Shown here piece by piece: positions 1-9,601 of a DNA stretch of 20,041 bases. The notes beneath the pieces were generated by a model that had not been told where the DNA came from, made no database searches, and saw nothing but the letters and a program-made list of their open reading frames with translations. The first letter of the stretch is position 1. The number at the start of each line of letters is the position of its first letter. The position numbers and the translations under genes are program-made. This DNA comes from Pseudothermotoga sp. (lineage in GTDB: Bacteria > Thermotogota > Thermotogae > Thermotogales > DSM-5069): NCBI GenBank assembly GCA_031962025.1, contig JAVRKW010000018.1; one strand, given 5' to 3'.

Positions 1-495
1 GTCCGAATGAAGATACTCTCTGAAAGAGATGGAAACCTTTTTAATCATTTCGACGAAATCGATTAATAAACTTGTGGTCCGAATGAAGATACTCTCTGAA
101 AGAGATGGAAACTCAATCATTTCAAGTTCCAAAAGCCGACAAATCTCTGGTAGTCCGAATGAAGATACTCTCTGAAAGAGATGGAAACGTACCTTTTTTT
201 TCTTTGGAAACCTCCTTTTCAATTCATTCGTCCGAATGAAGATACTCTCTGAAAGAGATGGAAACGTCTCCCGCAGGCTCTATGCCCACGGGTTATTATG
301 AATAAGTCCGAATGAAGATACTCTCTGAAAGAGATGGAAACCGATTATCAGCATCATTTACACCTCCGACTTAGCTAAAAAAGTCCGAATGAAGATACTC
401 TCTGAAAGACATGGAAACGTAATCCCTGTAATAGGCATGATAGACGACGCAATTGTAGCGTCCGAATGAAGATACTCTCTGAAAGAGATGGAAAC
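1..495 (+). CRISPR. CRISPR array 1: 7 repeats of 36 nt and 6 spacers of 40-41 nt; may continue left of the window
   Basis: Repeats start at 1, 77, 153, 230, 306, 383 (one G>C variant, GAAAGACATGG) and 460. The internal TCTCT-GAA-AGAGA hairpin and 3' ATGGAAAC handle indicate + strand transcription. Confidence 0.98.
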
Positions 496-733
496 GTGGA
501 TTTTTATATAATAAAGTTTGGGGGAAAATACATCGGTTTGCAAATAAAGCCTGTAATTTATGAACAAGCATCGTACATCTATCAATCAAGAGAATGGATG
601 AGCAAAGCTCATGAAAAATTTGAAAAAGAATACGGTGGAAAGGTGTTTTGTTCTTGATTAAAAAAGACGGCAAAAAAGAGAGTGATTTAGAAGAGACAAA
701 AAAGAGATTGAGAGACTAAATCAGGGAATATGA
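496..733 (+). pseudogene. C-terminal remnant of an MjaI-like restriction endonuclease, frameshifted
   Basis: Translates VDFYIIKFGGKYIGLQIKP...HEKFEKEYGGKVF, then FLIKKDGKK and EIERL in shifted frames. This is a PD-(D/E)xK-type D...QIK motif that resembles MjaI-family C-termini from memory. It has no start codon of its own and begins right after the last repeat. Confidence 0.6.
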
Positions 734-755
734 TTTAAAAATACGGGGTAAAAAT

Positions 756-797
756 AAAAGGCTTGTGAGAGTTGATAGTTTCTCACAAGCCTTTTTT
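756..797. terminator. Bidirectional Rho-independent terminator
   Basis: Perfect 15-bp inverted repeat AAAAGGCTTGTGAGA (756-770) / TCTCACAAGCCTTTT (781-795) with A and T tracts, located between the + strand array/remnant and the convergent trxB. Confidence 0.85.
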
Positions 798-809
798 ATT
801 TGTTTTCAA

Positions 810-1754
810 TCAAACGAAATAGTTTTCAGCCGCGTGTACAGCCGCTGTTGCACCATCTGAGACTGCTGTTATTATCTGTCTAACGTGCTTTTTTCTGACA
901 TCTCCTATGGCATATATTCTTGGAACACTGGTTTGCATAAACTCATCTGTGATAATGTATCCTGATTCATCTGTCTTGACGATATCTTTTACAAGTTCTG
1001 AGTTTGGTACCAAACCGATAGCTATGAAGACTCCGTCTACTTTTATACTGCTGATTTCACCTGTTTTGGTATCTTTCAGAACAACCTCCTGCAGTCTTTT
1101 TGTCCCTGAAAAACTTTCAACAACTTTGTTGAACAGGAATTTGATCTTCTGGTTGGAAAAAGCCTTGTCCTGAAGTATTTTAACAGCTCTCAACTTATCG
1201 CGGCGATGAATTACAGTCACAGATTTTGCTATTTTCGCAAGATACAACGCGTCGTTTATAGCCGTATCTCCACCACCAACAACTGCTACGTCTTTGTCTT
1301 TGAAGAAGTAACCATCACAGGTCGCACAGTATGAAATGCCCTTTGCTGTTAGTTCTTTTTCACCGGGTACTTCAAGTTTTTTCGGGTCTGCACCTGTTGC
1401 TATCATCAAAACATGTGCCTTTATGGTTCTTCCATCTTCTGTTTCAATGAACCTTTCTTCACCATTTAAGATCACGCGTTTTACTTCCGAATTCAAAAAT
1501 TCCGTTCCAAGTGATTGCGCATGCTCTTTCATTTTCATGGCAAGTTCCTGTCCCTGTATCGATGGGAAGCCAAGGTAATTGTCTATGTAAGTAGTCAGAT
1601 TCAACTGCCCGCCTTCAAGTACTTTTTCAACCACAAGAACACTCAAACCGGCTCGCCTTAAATACACAGCCGCACCAAGTGAAGCAGGACCGCCACCAAC
1701 AATTACCACGTCATAATGATCTTTTATTTCTTTTGCACCTACTTCGAAGAGCAC
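810..1754 (-). CDS. trxB: Thioredoxin-disulfide reductase
   Basis: GGGPA FAD motif, CATC redox motif, GGGDTA NADPH motif, HRRD and C-terminal AIGD...QIITAVSDG. GTG start with an AGGAG Shine-Dalgarno site. Confidence 0.95.
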   Translation of the reverse strand: MLFEVGAKEIKDHYDVVIVGGGPASLGAAVYLRRAGLSVLVVEKVLEGGQLNLTTYIDNYLGFPSIQGQELAMKMKEHAQSLGTEFLNSEVKRVILNGEERFIETEDGRTIKAHVLMIATGADPKKLEVPGEKELTAKGISYCATCDGYFFKDKDVAVVGGGDTAINDALYLAKIAKSVTVIHRRDKLRAVKILQDKAFSNQKIKFLFNKVVESFSGTKRLQEVVLKDTKTGEISSIKVDGVFIAIGLVPNSELVKDIVKTDESGYIITDEFMQTSVPRIYAIGDVRKKHVRQIITAVSDGATAAVHAAENYFV

Positions 1755-1760
1755 TATTGA

Positions 1761-2420
1761 TCATCTCCTAACTGCTTTGAGCAGTTCCTGTATGAACGCA
1801 TTTTCCGGGTATGCACCGACAAAGTCGTGCTCATCGTTTATGAAAGTATGAGGAACTGAGGAAATGCCGTAATTCATGCTCAATTCTGGAAATTCATTTG
1901 CCTCTATCATTTCAGCAGTTATGTTTTTATTGACCATTGCGGCACTATGAGCCATCAGTACAGCCTTTGGACAATAAGGACATGTTGGTGTTACAAAGAC
2001 TCTTATTTTAACAGGGTTGTTTATGGATTTGATTTTTTCAATCTGTTCTGCATTGAAAAATGGTGGTTTACCTGTTGAGACCGCTATGATGTCCTGTATC
2101 AAACTTGAAAATTCATGCCCGGATGGTATTCCATAGAATCTTATTCTTGAATCATTTCCTTCTTTGTCCAAAAGTACTATAGCCGGTGCCATTTCTATTT
2201 TGTACTGATCTGCGATTTGCTTTTCTTTTTTCACATGATAAACGTACATCTGCATTTTGCTGTCGATTGAAGACAGTTCTTCAAGAACCTGTTTTGTGAG
2301 ATCGCAATATTCACATTCAGACTTGTCATCAACAAAGATCAGTATCTTCACCGGGTCTTTCAACTGTTCAGAAAAAACTTTTTGAAGATATTTCGCATCT
2401 TTTTCACTTATCAATGCCAT
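1761..2420 (-). CDS. Protein disulfide oxidoreductase (two thioredoxin folds, glutaredoxin-like PDO)
   Basis: CEYC and CPYC motifs, GIPSGHEF and SSVP cis-Pro loop; adjacent to trxB. Confidence 0.9.
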   Translation of the reverse strand: MALISEKDAKYLQKVFSEQLKDPVKILIFVDDKSECEYCDLTKQVLEELSSIDSKMQMYVYHVKKEKQIADQYKIEMAPAIVLLDKEGNDSRIRFYGIPSGHEFSSLIQDIIAVSTGKPPFFNAEQIEKIKSINNPVKIRVFVTPTCPYCPKAVLMAHSAAMVNKNITAEMIEANEFPELSMNYGISSVPHTFINDEHDFVGAYPENAFIQELLKAVRR

Positions 2421-2473
2421 TTTCCATACCTCCTTGACCTTTTCTAAATAAATTCTACCATATTAGTCGGAAT

Positions 2474-2986
2474 TTATTCTTTTCTGTCCAGTAAAGACGA
2501 TGTAAAACCTAATATGATGAGTAAAACACCGAGGGACAGTTTGCTCAATTCATGTCCAATTGAAACCCTGTTGAATACAAAAACAAGAGAGAATAATCCC
2601 CAGCAGATCAAAATCGAAGCGATGTTTCGTTTTGTAGAGCGTCTTAATAGATAAGTGGTCACGTATTCTTTTTTTGTAAAACCCATGGAAAGAAATAGCA
2701 CTCTGAATCTTTTGTCTTCACTTTCAAGATAGGTGGATAATCTACCAACGTGGAAAAGAAAAGCAATCAGCGAACATATGAAAAAGCTCCTGAGCCCATA
2801 CTGCCCAAAGGTTGATGTATAGGTGATTAGAACACCGAGTGTGGCGAGTATATTGATTGTTGAAAAAGGAGTAAGGGTCATGTTTGCCGTGCCGGAAAAA
2901 TTTGCCCAGACAACGGGTAAGGCAGAGGATATACCGATCAATGAATAAACCAGACCGAACAGAATGTCCTTTAAAAAATCACTCAC
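2474..2986 (-). CDS. Hypothetical membrane protein
   Basis: 170-aa ORF with several hydrophobic segments, tightly packed in the minus-strand operon. Confidence 0.7.
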   Translation of the reverse strand: MSDFLKDILFGLVYSLIGISSALPVVWANFSGTANMTLTPFSTINILATLGVLITYTSTFGQYGLRSFFICSLIAFLFHVGRLSTYLESEDKRFRVLFLSMGFTKKEYVTTYLLRRSTKRNIASILICWGLFSLVFVFNRVSIGHELSKLSLGVLLIILGFTSSLLDRKE

Positions 2987-2988
2987 CT

Positions 2989-3906
2989 TTATTTTTGCTC
3001 CTCTCCCTGTGGTTCTTTTTTCAAAACTTCTGCAATACCTGCTAAGCTTGAGAGAATAGCCGAAGCTTCCATCGGCAAGAATATTTTTGTTGCTTTGCCA
3101 TTTGCGATTTCTTTTAGTGCATCGAGGTATTTGATGGCTATCAGGTCGCTGGTGGGTGCACCTTCGTGTATGGCTTTGAACACACTCAAGATTGCTTCTG
3201 CCTGACCCTGAGCTTCTGCAATGAGTTTGAATCTGTTGGCTTCGGCGACTTTTTTGATTGCTTCAGCTTCACCTTCGGCTTTCAAAATGGCTGCGTTTCT
3301 TTCACCTTCTGCTTTGAGTATTTCTGCTTGTTTTATACCTTCTGCTTCGAGAATGGCTGCCCTTTTTGTTCTTTCTGCCTTCATCTGTTTGCTCATGGCA
3401 TCGGTTATGTCCTTTGGTGGATCGATCTTTTTGATTTCCACCCTTGTTATTCTCACGCCCCATTTGTCTGTTGCATCATCCAGGACAGTTCTCAACTTCG
3501 TGTTTATTTTTTCTCTTGAAGTGAGGGTTTGATCCAGCTCAAGTTCGCCTATCACATTTCTCAGGTTGGTCTGCGCAAGTTTGAGTGTTGCAAATTGAAA
3601 ATTGTTGACATTGTAAACAACTTTGTAGGCATCTGTGACTTCATAGTATATCACTGCATCAACTGTCACAACCACGTTGTCTTTTGTGATCACTTCCTGA
3701 GGCGGAACATCTATTACCATTTCTCTAAGATCAACTCTGGTCATTCTGTCAAAAAAAGGCACAATGAAATGTAGTCCCGGACCGGCTTCTCTGTGAAACT
3801 TACCGAGCCTTTCGATCAATCCTCTCTGGTAAGGTCTTACCACCTTGATTCCCGTTGCGGCTATTATCAATATCAATACGGCAACTACGCCAAGGGCTAT
3901 TATCAT
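2989..3906 (-). CDS. SPFH/band 7 (stomatin/QmcA-like) membrane protein
   Basis: N-terminal TM segment, ERLGKF...[29 protein letters not shown] and an AEG-rich coiled coil. Confidence 0.93.
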   Translation of the reverse strand: MIIALGVVAVLILIIAATGIKVVRPYQRGLIERLGKFHREAGPGLHFIVPFFDRMTRVDLREMVIDVPPQEVITKDNVVVTVDAVIYYEVTDAYKVVYNVNNFQFATLKLAQTNLRNVIGELELDQTLTSREKINTKLRTVLDDATDKWGVRITRVEIKKIDPPKDITDAMSKQMKAERTKRAAILEAEGIKQAEILKAEGERNAAILKAEGEAEAIKKVAEANRFKLIAEAQGQAEAILSVFKAIHEGAPTSDLIAIKYLDALKEIANGKATKIFLPMEASAILSSLAGIAEVLKKEPQGEEQK

Positions 3907-4346
3907 CGTTGTTCACCTCCCTGCAGTTTTTCGACTATAACATGTGCTCCTTCAACTTTCAAGATTTTTACTTTTTCTCCTTCCTGAATGACAGAATCAT
4001 CATGAGAATAAGCTCTCCATGTGTCACCGTTGATTTTGACCAATCCTTTGCTGTTTTCGTTGTCGATGGTTTCAATTACGATGGCTGTTTTACCTATTAT
4101 CTCGTCTATGTGTATCTTACGTGGTTGCTCTCTGGTTAATTTTTTGGTCAAAGGTCGGGTTAGGATGACTAAAAGTCCAGAGACTGTGATGAATGTCACG
4201 ACCTGAACCAACGTGCCAAAAGCAATGCTGACCGCAGATGCTACAAACGCTCCTATTCCAAACCAGAACAGGAAAAAAGTCGGGGTGAGTATTTCTCCTA
4301 TTGTGAATATCACACCTAAAATCAGCCACACCACGAATGGTTCCAT
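3903..4346 (-). CDS. NfeD-family membrane protein (partner of SPFH)
   Basis: WLILG...[16 protein letters not shown] and C-terminal OB fold ([12 protein letters not shown]). Start moved to ATG at 4346, which follows AAGGGGGTGA. Confidence 0.9.
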   Translation of the reverse strand: MEPFVVWLILGVIFTIGEILTPTFFLFWFGIGAFVASAVSIAFGTLVQVVTFITVSGLLVILTRPLTKKLTREQPRKIHIDEIIGKTAIVIETIDNENSKGLVKINGDTWRAYSHDDSVIQEGEKVKILKVEGAHVIVEKLQGGEQR

Positions 4347-4359
4347 CTTATCACCCCCT

Positions 4360-5208
4360 TCAGAGTGTGAAGACAACTTCTGGATCAACATAACTTATCT
4401 GAAAACTCACGGTTTCCTTTATATTTTTCAAATACCTGTCGATTTTTCCACTGTATCTGGATGAAATGTGGTACAAGATCAGTTTCTGCACATTGGCTTG
4501 GCGTGCTATTTCGATAACCTCTTCAAGCGAAGCGTGGGCGTTCATTTTTCTGTCGCTGGTCTTGAGGAATGTGCACTCATGTAAAAGAATCTCACTGTCC
4601 GTGGCATCTGATGGATCAATACCAAAAGTATCACCAGAAACAGTTAGAATTTTCTTTTCGTACGTCTCTGTTATATGATCTGGCCCGAGTTTTTTGGATA
4701 ATCTGCTTATTTCTTCCTCTGACAGGTTCCTGTATTCTTCTTTGAGCCGTCTTCGTGTTTCAATTACATTATACCCGAGGCTGAAATCCTGAACTGTGTG
4801 TTTTACTTTGAAAGGAACTATGTATCTGGCAAATCCGCCTGCCTGCCTGAGAAAAATCTTTTCCTGAGCTGAGACGGGCTGTGCAATCAGGTCAAATCTC
4901 AGATCATCGTTTGCCTTTTTTATGAACTCCAACCATTCTTCGATCGCGGTATTTCCCTTTGGATAGTAAACTGTCAAGGGTTTTTCCCTGTCTCCCATGG
5001 AATTGTTTCGCGTGTTCACTATGGTCCACAATCCAGATATGTGGTCGATATGACCGTGTGTTAGAAAAATATGTCTTATGGCATAAATTCTGTTGGACAT
5101 TGTCAGGGAAACGCCTTCACCCGCATCAAATAGGATTCTTTCTGGTGCATAGTATACCCATGTCGAATACAGAGCTTTAGAGTATATCTGAAGTACCAGC
5201 TCACTCAC
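4360..5208 (-). CDS. rnz: Ribonuclease Z (tRNase Z, Thermotoga-type short form)
   Basis: YSKALYSTW, FDAGEG, metallo-beta-lactamase THGHIDH motif, SGDT, HECTF and HISSRY. Confidence 0.88.
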   Translation of the reverse strand: MSELVLQIYSKALYSTWVYYAPERILFDAGEGVSLTMSNRIYAIRHIFLTHGHIDHISGLWTIVNTRNNSMGDREKPLTVYYPKGNTAIEEWLEFIKKANDDLRFDLIAQPVSAQEKIFLRQAGGFARYIVPFKVKHTVQDFSLGYNVIETRRRLKEEYRNLSEEEISRLSKKLGPDHITETYEKKILTVSGDTFGIDPSDATDSEILLHECTFLKTSDRKMNAHASLEEVIEIARQANVQKLILYHISSRYSGKIDRYLKNIKETVSFQISYVDPEVVFTL

Positions 5209-5660
5209 CCTTTCTCTTCGCCTAAGATCTCAAGCTTTATCGTGCCTTTGACACCACCGGGTAAATGCATCTGAATATCGTACAATCCAACTTCCTTCAA
5301 GGGTTTCTCAAGATGAATCCATTTTTTGTCTATCTCCATATTGGTGTTTTTCGAAAGAACTTCAGCTAAATTCACAGAAGTAAGTGCTCCGAAGAGCTTA
5401 CCGCCCCCGCCGACTTTGGCATATACTCTGTGAACCTGACGCTGCAGAGTTTTGAGTATTTCCTCACTCTTTTTCCTGGTGAGATCTTCTTTGTGGATCT
5501 TCATGGTCTTTTCATTTTCGACTCTTTTTATCTCGCCTTCCGTTGCGGGTTTTGCCAGTCCACGTGGTATGAGATAGTTTCTCGCGTATCCATCTTTCAC
5601 TTCCTTGAGCTCGCCATTTTTGCCTATACCCGGTATGTCTTTGAGCAAGATAACTTTCAT
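5205..5660 (-). CDS. rplI: 50S ribosomal protein L9
   Basis: MKVILLKDI...G...VKDGYARNYLIPRGLA signature and GKLFGA. Confidence 0.97.
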   Translation of the reverse strand: MKVILLKDIPGIGKNGELKEVKDGYARNYLIPRGLAKPATEGEIKRVENEKTMKIHKEDLTRKKSEEILKTLQRQVHRVYAKVGGGGKLFGALTSVNLAEVLSKNTNMEIDKKWIHLEKPLKEVGLYDIQMHLPGGVKGTIKLEILGEEKG

Positions 5661-5832
5661 TCACGTTCCTCCTTTCATTTTCATTATATCCTAACATCAC
5701 TTTGGAAAGCTGATTTGATAAAAACTTTATGTTAAAATTAATCCGTATCGGGTTTGAAAAATCTAATTAGTTATTTTTGTGATTATATCATCGTAAATCT
5801 TTTCAAATATAATCACATACAGGAGGAATTTG

Positions 5833-6060
5833 ATGGAATACGATCTTTACCTGAAGATCAAGAGCGAAGATGTTCACAAACTCGGCTATATTCTTGAAGT
5901 AGAGGATAATATGGTGAACATGAGAAAATACGAAAATGGACTTTTGAGGATACTGGTTCCTGCAGATCTTTTAAAGGATTTGCTGGAGTTTCTCGAGTCG
6001 GTGAGAGAGCATGTAAACTTTGAAATAGTAGATTATAGAGAGAACGATGGGCATATTTAA
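5833..6060 (+). CDS. Small conserved protein (DUF4911-like)
   Basis: AGGAGG site before ATG 5833; overlaps the yqeG start. The family call is from recall only. Confidence 0.6.
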   Translation: MEYDLYLKIKSEDVHKLGYILEVEDNMVNMRKYENGLLRILVPADLLKDLLEFLESVREHVNFEIVDYRENDGHI

Positions 6061-6550
6061 GATGATTTTGCCAAGAGAATATCTCGAAGATCTGACCGAT
6101 CTTGATGTAGAGAGATTTTTCAAAGCAGGTATGGATTACTTCATATTCGATTTTGACAACACACTCGGTCTGTGGAGAAGTTCTTCTGTGGAAAAAAGAT
6201 TTGAGCCTGTTTTGAACAGTATTCTGAAGTTGAATGGAAAGATACTCATAGCTTCTAACGGTAAGCCAAGAAATATTTCACTCAACGGTGCAAAAATAAT
6301 ATGGAGATCAAGAAAACCGTTTGTCTGGAAGATAAAGAAAATACTCGATATGGAAAAAATAGATCCCGGCAGGGTTGTGATGGTCGGAGATCAGATATTC
6401 ACAGATGTTCTTGCAGGCAATCTGCTCGGAGTATACACTATTAAGGTAAAACCATTGAGTGATAGAGAGTTCATCGGTACAAAGTTTTTGAGGTTTTTTG
6501 AAAAAATAGTTCTACATTTTGCAAGAAAAGGTGAGAGATGTGAAGTGTGA
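6047..6550 (+). CDS. yqeG: YqeG-family HAD IIIA phosphatase
   Basis: DFDNTL motif I, SN motif II, KP, and GDQIFTDVLAGN; directly upstream of yqeH. Confidence 0.9.
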   Translation: MGIFKMILPREYLEDLTDLDVERFFKAGMDYFIFDFDNTLGLWRSSSVEKRFEPVLNSILKLNGKILIASNGKPRNISLNGAKIIWRSRKPFVWKIKKILDMEKIDPGRVVMVGDQIFTDVLAGNLLGVYTIKVKPLSDREFIGTKFLRFFEKIVLHFARKGERCEV

Positions 6551-7643
6551 AGGCTGTGGTGCTCAGATTCAACATGAGGACGAGAAAAAACCGGGTTATA
6601 TACCGCTTGATGTTCTAAATAGAAGAAAAGCGGAAGGTAAACAAATACTCTGCCAGAGGTGTTTCAGAGCAAGGCACTATGGAAAGCTCGAGCCGGTGAG
6701 AATTACAAGAGACTTTCTCAAAGATCTCAAAAATATCATCGAGGATTTTGAAGTGGTAATCTGGGTGCTGGACATAACAGATTTTGAAGGGAGTTACAAT
6801 GATTCTTTGAAACAAACGCTCAGTGGCAAAAAAAAGATAATACTGGTCAACAAGATAGATCTTCTTCCAAGAGCCGTTACTGTGCAGGAGATAAAGGACT
6901 GGGTGCGTCAGAGATTAGAAGATGAAAAGATAGAGGATATTTTAATAACAAGCACTGTGAGAAAATATGGCATCAGAAAGGTTGCAAGCGAGCTGAGCCA
7001 TTTCAAAAAAGTTTTGCTTGTCGGAGCGACAAATGTTGGTAAATCTTCACTGGTTCGTGCGCTTACTGGTGCCGATCTGAGCGTTACTCCATTTCCGGGA
7101 ACCACTCTGGATTTGATCAAAACAAAGATGGATGATACCATCATCTGTGATACTCCGGGTATTGTGACAAATGACCGCCTGATCGATCTTCTACCGCCAG
7201 ATTGTCAAAAGAGGATCCTTGAGAAACGCTTTTCCAGGATGACCTTCAAACCACAGAAGGGTAAGGTGATCTTTGTCGGTGGTATGTGCCGACTTTATCT
7301 GGATTTTGATACACAATTTTTGCCCATCTTCCAGATCTTTGCCAGTGAAGGTGTGAAATTTCACACAACTGACTCAAAAAAAGCAGATGATCTTTTGTCA
7401 AGGCAGTACGGTCGTTTGCTGGTTCCACCATGCAGTCCTGGATCGCCATCTATGGATTCTTTTAGCTGGAAAGAACACAGATTCGATCTTGATATCAATG
7501 AAGAAGTCGCAGTGGCAGGTCTTGGATGGATCAGTGTCAAAAGAGGTCCATTCATGGTCAGAGTAATTGTTCCTGAGAAAGTCAGTGTGAAAAAGAGGAT
7601 TGCTCTGGTAAATCCATACAGAGGAGGTATTGAGCATGAATAG
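6540..7643 (+). CDS. yqeH: Ribosome biogenesis circularly permuted GTPase YqeH
   Basis: CxGCG...CQRC zinc finger, then G4 NKID, G1 GATNVGKS, PGTT and G3 DTPG. Probable GTG start at 6540. Confidence 0.93.
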   Translation: MKCEGCGAQIQHEDEKKPGYIPLDVLNRRKAEGKQILCQRCFRARHYGKLEPVRITRDFLKDLKNIIEDFEVVIWVLDITDFEGSYNDSLKQTLSGKKKIILVNKIDLLPRAVTVQEIKDWVRQRLEDEKIEDILITSTVRKYGIRKVASELSHFKKVLLVGATNVGKSSLVRALTGADLSVTPFPGTTLDLIKTKMDDTIICDTPGIVTNDRLIDLLPPDCQKRILEKRFSRMTFKPQKGKVIFVGGMCRLYLDFDTQFLPIFQIFASEGVKFHTTDSKKADDLLSRQYGRLLVPPCSPGSPSMDSFSWKEHRFDLDINEEVAVAGLGWISVKRGPFMVRVIVPEKVSVKKRIALVNPYRGGIEHE

Positions 7644-8220
7644 GAAAGAGCCAGGCATAATTGTTGGAGTGAGCAACAGACATGTTCATCTATCCAGAGA
7701 GGATCTGGATATCCTGTTTGGTAAAAATTACGAACTCAAACCAATCAAAGATCTCGGACAGCCGGGGCAGTATGCCGCCGATGAAAAGGTGATCATCGTA
7801 GGTCCAAAAGGTGCAATTGAGCAGGTGAGAGTGCTGGGACCTGTTAGAAATCAAACGCAGATTGAAATTTCAAAGACAGATGCGTTCAAACTCGGTGTTA
7901 ATCCACCTGTAAGAGACTCAGGGGATATAGAGAACACACCGGGCATAGTCATAGTTGGACCAAAGGGTACGGTTATAAAAGACAAAGGAGTGATTCTGGC
8001 AAAGAGGCATATTCACATGCATCCAAAGGACGCACAGCATTATGGGGTCAAGGACAAAGACATTGTGAAAGTGGTCTGTGAAAAGGAAGGACGCAGATTG
8101 ATATTTGACGATGTTCTAATACGCGTCAGTGAAAAATTCGCTTTAGAGTTCCACGTTGATACAGATGAAGCAAATGCCGCTCTGTTAAAAAACGGTGATC
8201 TTGTGTGGATAATAGCGTAG
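7636..8220 (+). CDS. pduL: Phosphate propanoyltransferase (PduL family)
   Basis: VSNRHVHLS, QPGQYA, RVLGPVR, KRHIHM and HVDTDEANAA; GGAGG site before ATG 7636. Confidence 0.93.
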   Translation: MNRKEPGIIVGVSNRHVHLSREDLDILFGKNYELKPIKDLGQPGQYAADEKVIIVGPKGAIEQVRVLGPVRNQTQIEISKTDAFKLGVNPPVRDSGDIENTPGIVIVGPKGTVIKDKGVILAKRHIHMHPKDAQHYGVKDKDIVKVVCEKEGRRLIFDDVLIRVSEKFALEFHVDTDEANAALLKNGDLVWIIA

Positions 8221-8405
8221 AAGTTTCATATCAGGGAAAGATATACAAATTTGAAGGCTCAGTTCTGGTAAAAGACATTTTGAAAAAGTTAAATCTCAAC
8301 CCTGAAGAACATGTAGTTGTGGTTGATGATCAGATTTACACCGAAGATAGAAGAGTAAACAAAGGTATTAAAGTCATAATACACAAAGTCACTTCTACAT
8401 GGTAA
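8205..8405 (+). CDS. ThiS/MoaD-like small beta-grasp protein lacking the C-terminal GG
   Basis: 66 aa with the VKDILKKLNLNPEEHVVVVDDQI pattern typical of ThiS/MoaD, but ending in TSTW. Confidence 0.6.
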   Translation: MDNSVEVSYQGKIYKFEGSVLVKDILKKLNLNPEEHVVVVDDQIYTEDRRVNKGIKVIIHKVTSTW

Positions 8406-8419
8406 TGGGGGCGCTGAAA

Positions 8420-9601
8420 ATGATAAGCCAGGAAGTATTATCTTACAAAGACGAATTGATAAGTTTGAGAAGAGATTTTCACATGTACCCGGAGGTCGGT
8501 CTTGAACTGTACCGAACATCGCAAAAGGTTGCAGAGTATCTTGAATCGATAGGTTTAGAGGTTAAAAGAAATGTTGCCAAGACAGGCGTCGTTGGGCTGC
8601 TGAAAGGTGCAAAACCGGGTAAGACGATTATGCTCAGAGCAGATATGGATGCACTCACGCTGCAGGAGTTGAATGATGTTCCTTATAAGTCAAAAATCGA
8701 TGGTGTGATGCACGCCTGCGGGCATGATGGTCACACAGCCATGCTGCTTGTAGCTGCAAAGATATTGAAATCACATCAATCCGAGCTCAATGGAAATGTG
8801 AAATTCGTTTTTCAGCCTTCAGAAGAAAAATTTCCACCAGGTGGAGCTTTACCGATGATAGAAGAAGGCGTTTTAAAAAATCCGGATGTTGATTATGCTT
8901 TTGGATTGCATCTGTGGACACAGCTTGAATGTGGAAAGATTGGTATCAGAAGCGGTGCACTCATGGCTGCTGCAGATGAGTTTCAAATTACACTCAAGGG
9001 ACAGGGGGGGCATGGTGCTCAACCGCATTACTGTAAAGATCCAGTTGTTGCGGCTGCCGAGCTTGTCATGGCTCTTCAAACTATCGTGAGCAGAAAAGTA
9101 GATCCATTAGAAAGTGTTGTTGTCACAGTTGGAAAAGTTCAAGCAGGAAGTGCGTTCAATATCATACCTCAGACAGCTATTCTTCAGGGAACGGTCAGAA
9201 CACTGAGTGAAAGCAGTCGAAGTTTAGTAAAAGAGAGTATAGAAAGAATCACGCGGGGTGTTTGTTTAGCCCATCAGATGGACTTCGATATAGATTACAA
9301 AGACGGTACAGCTGTTCTTGTAAACGACGAAAAGTTGACAGAACAGGTGCGAAAGATCGCAGAAAGTGTTTTTGGAAAGGAAAATGTCGTTGAAGTACCA
9401 CCAACCATGGGCGGTGAAGATATGTCGTTCTTTTTAAAAGAAGTTCCGGGTGTTTTTTATTTCATAGGTGCGTCAAATTCACAAAAAGGTTTGAACAGAT
9501 TTCATCATTCACCGTATTTCGACATCGATGAAGACTCACTGCTTGTTGGTACACAGATGCACGTGAGCCTGGTTTTGAGTATGCTCACAGAAGAAAAATG
9601 A
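8420..9601 (+). CDS. M20D family amidohydrolase
   Basis: RRDFHMYPE, LRADMDAL, MHACGHDGH, FQPSEE, GGHGA, MGGEDMS and HHSPYFDIDE. The start codon is uncertain (8399, 8405 or 8420). Confidence 0.93.
   Translation: MISQEVLSYKDELISLRRDFHMYPEVGLELYRTSQKVAEYLESIGLEVKRNVAKTGVVGLLKGAKPGKTIMLRADMDALTLQELNDVPYKSKIDGVMHACGHDGHTAMLLVAAKILKSHQSELNGNVKFVFQPSEEKFPPGGALPMIEEGVLKNPDVDYAFGLHLWTQLECGKIGIRSGALMAAADEFQITLKGQGGHGAQPHYCKDPVVAAAELVMALQTIVSRKVDPLESVVVTVGKVQAGSAFNIIPQTAILQGTVRTLSESSRSLVKESIERITRGVCLAHQMDFDIDYKDGTAVLVNDEKLTEQVRKIAESVFGKENVVEVPPTMGGEDMSFFLKEVPGVFYFIGASNSQKGLNRFHHSPYFDIDEDSLLVGTQMHVSLVLSMLTEEK

Noticed and set aside
358..673. ORFs 358-585, 371-673 and the ATG start of 466-657
   Set aside because: They run through CRISPR repeats or are antisense to the remnant. 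The ATG at 466 lies inside a repeat, so only the part after 495 is treated as a gene remnant.
7636..8220. pduL as a sign of a bacterial microcompartment locus
   Set aside because: No shell-protein or other pdu/eut genes are nearby, so a stand-alone phosphotransacylase is the simpler reading.
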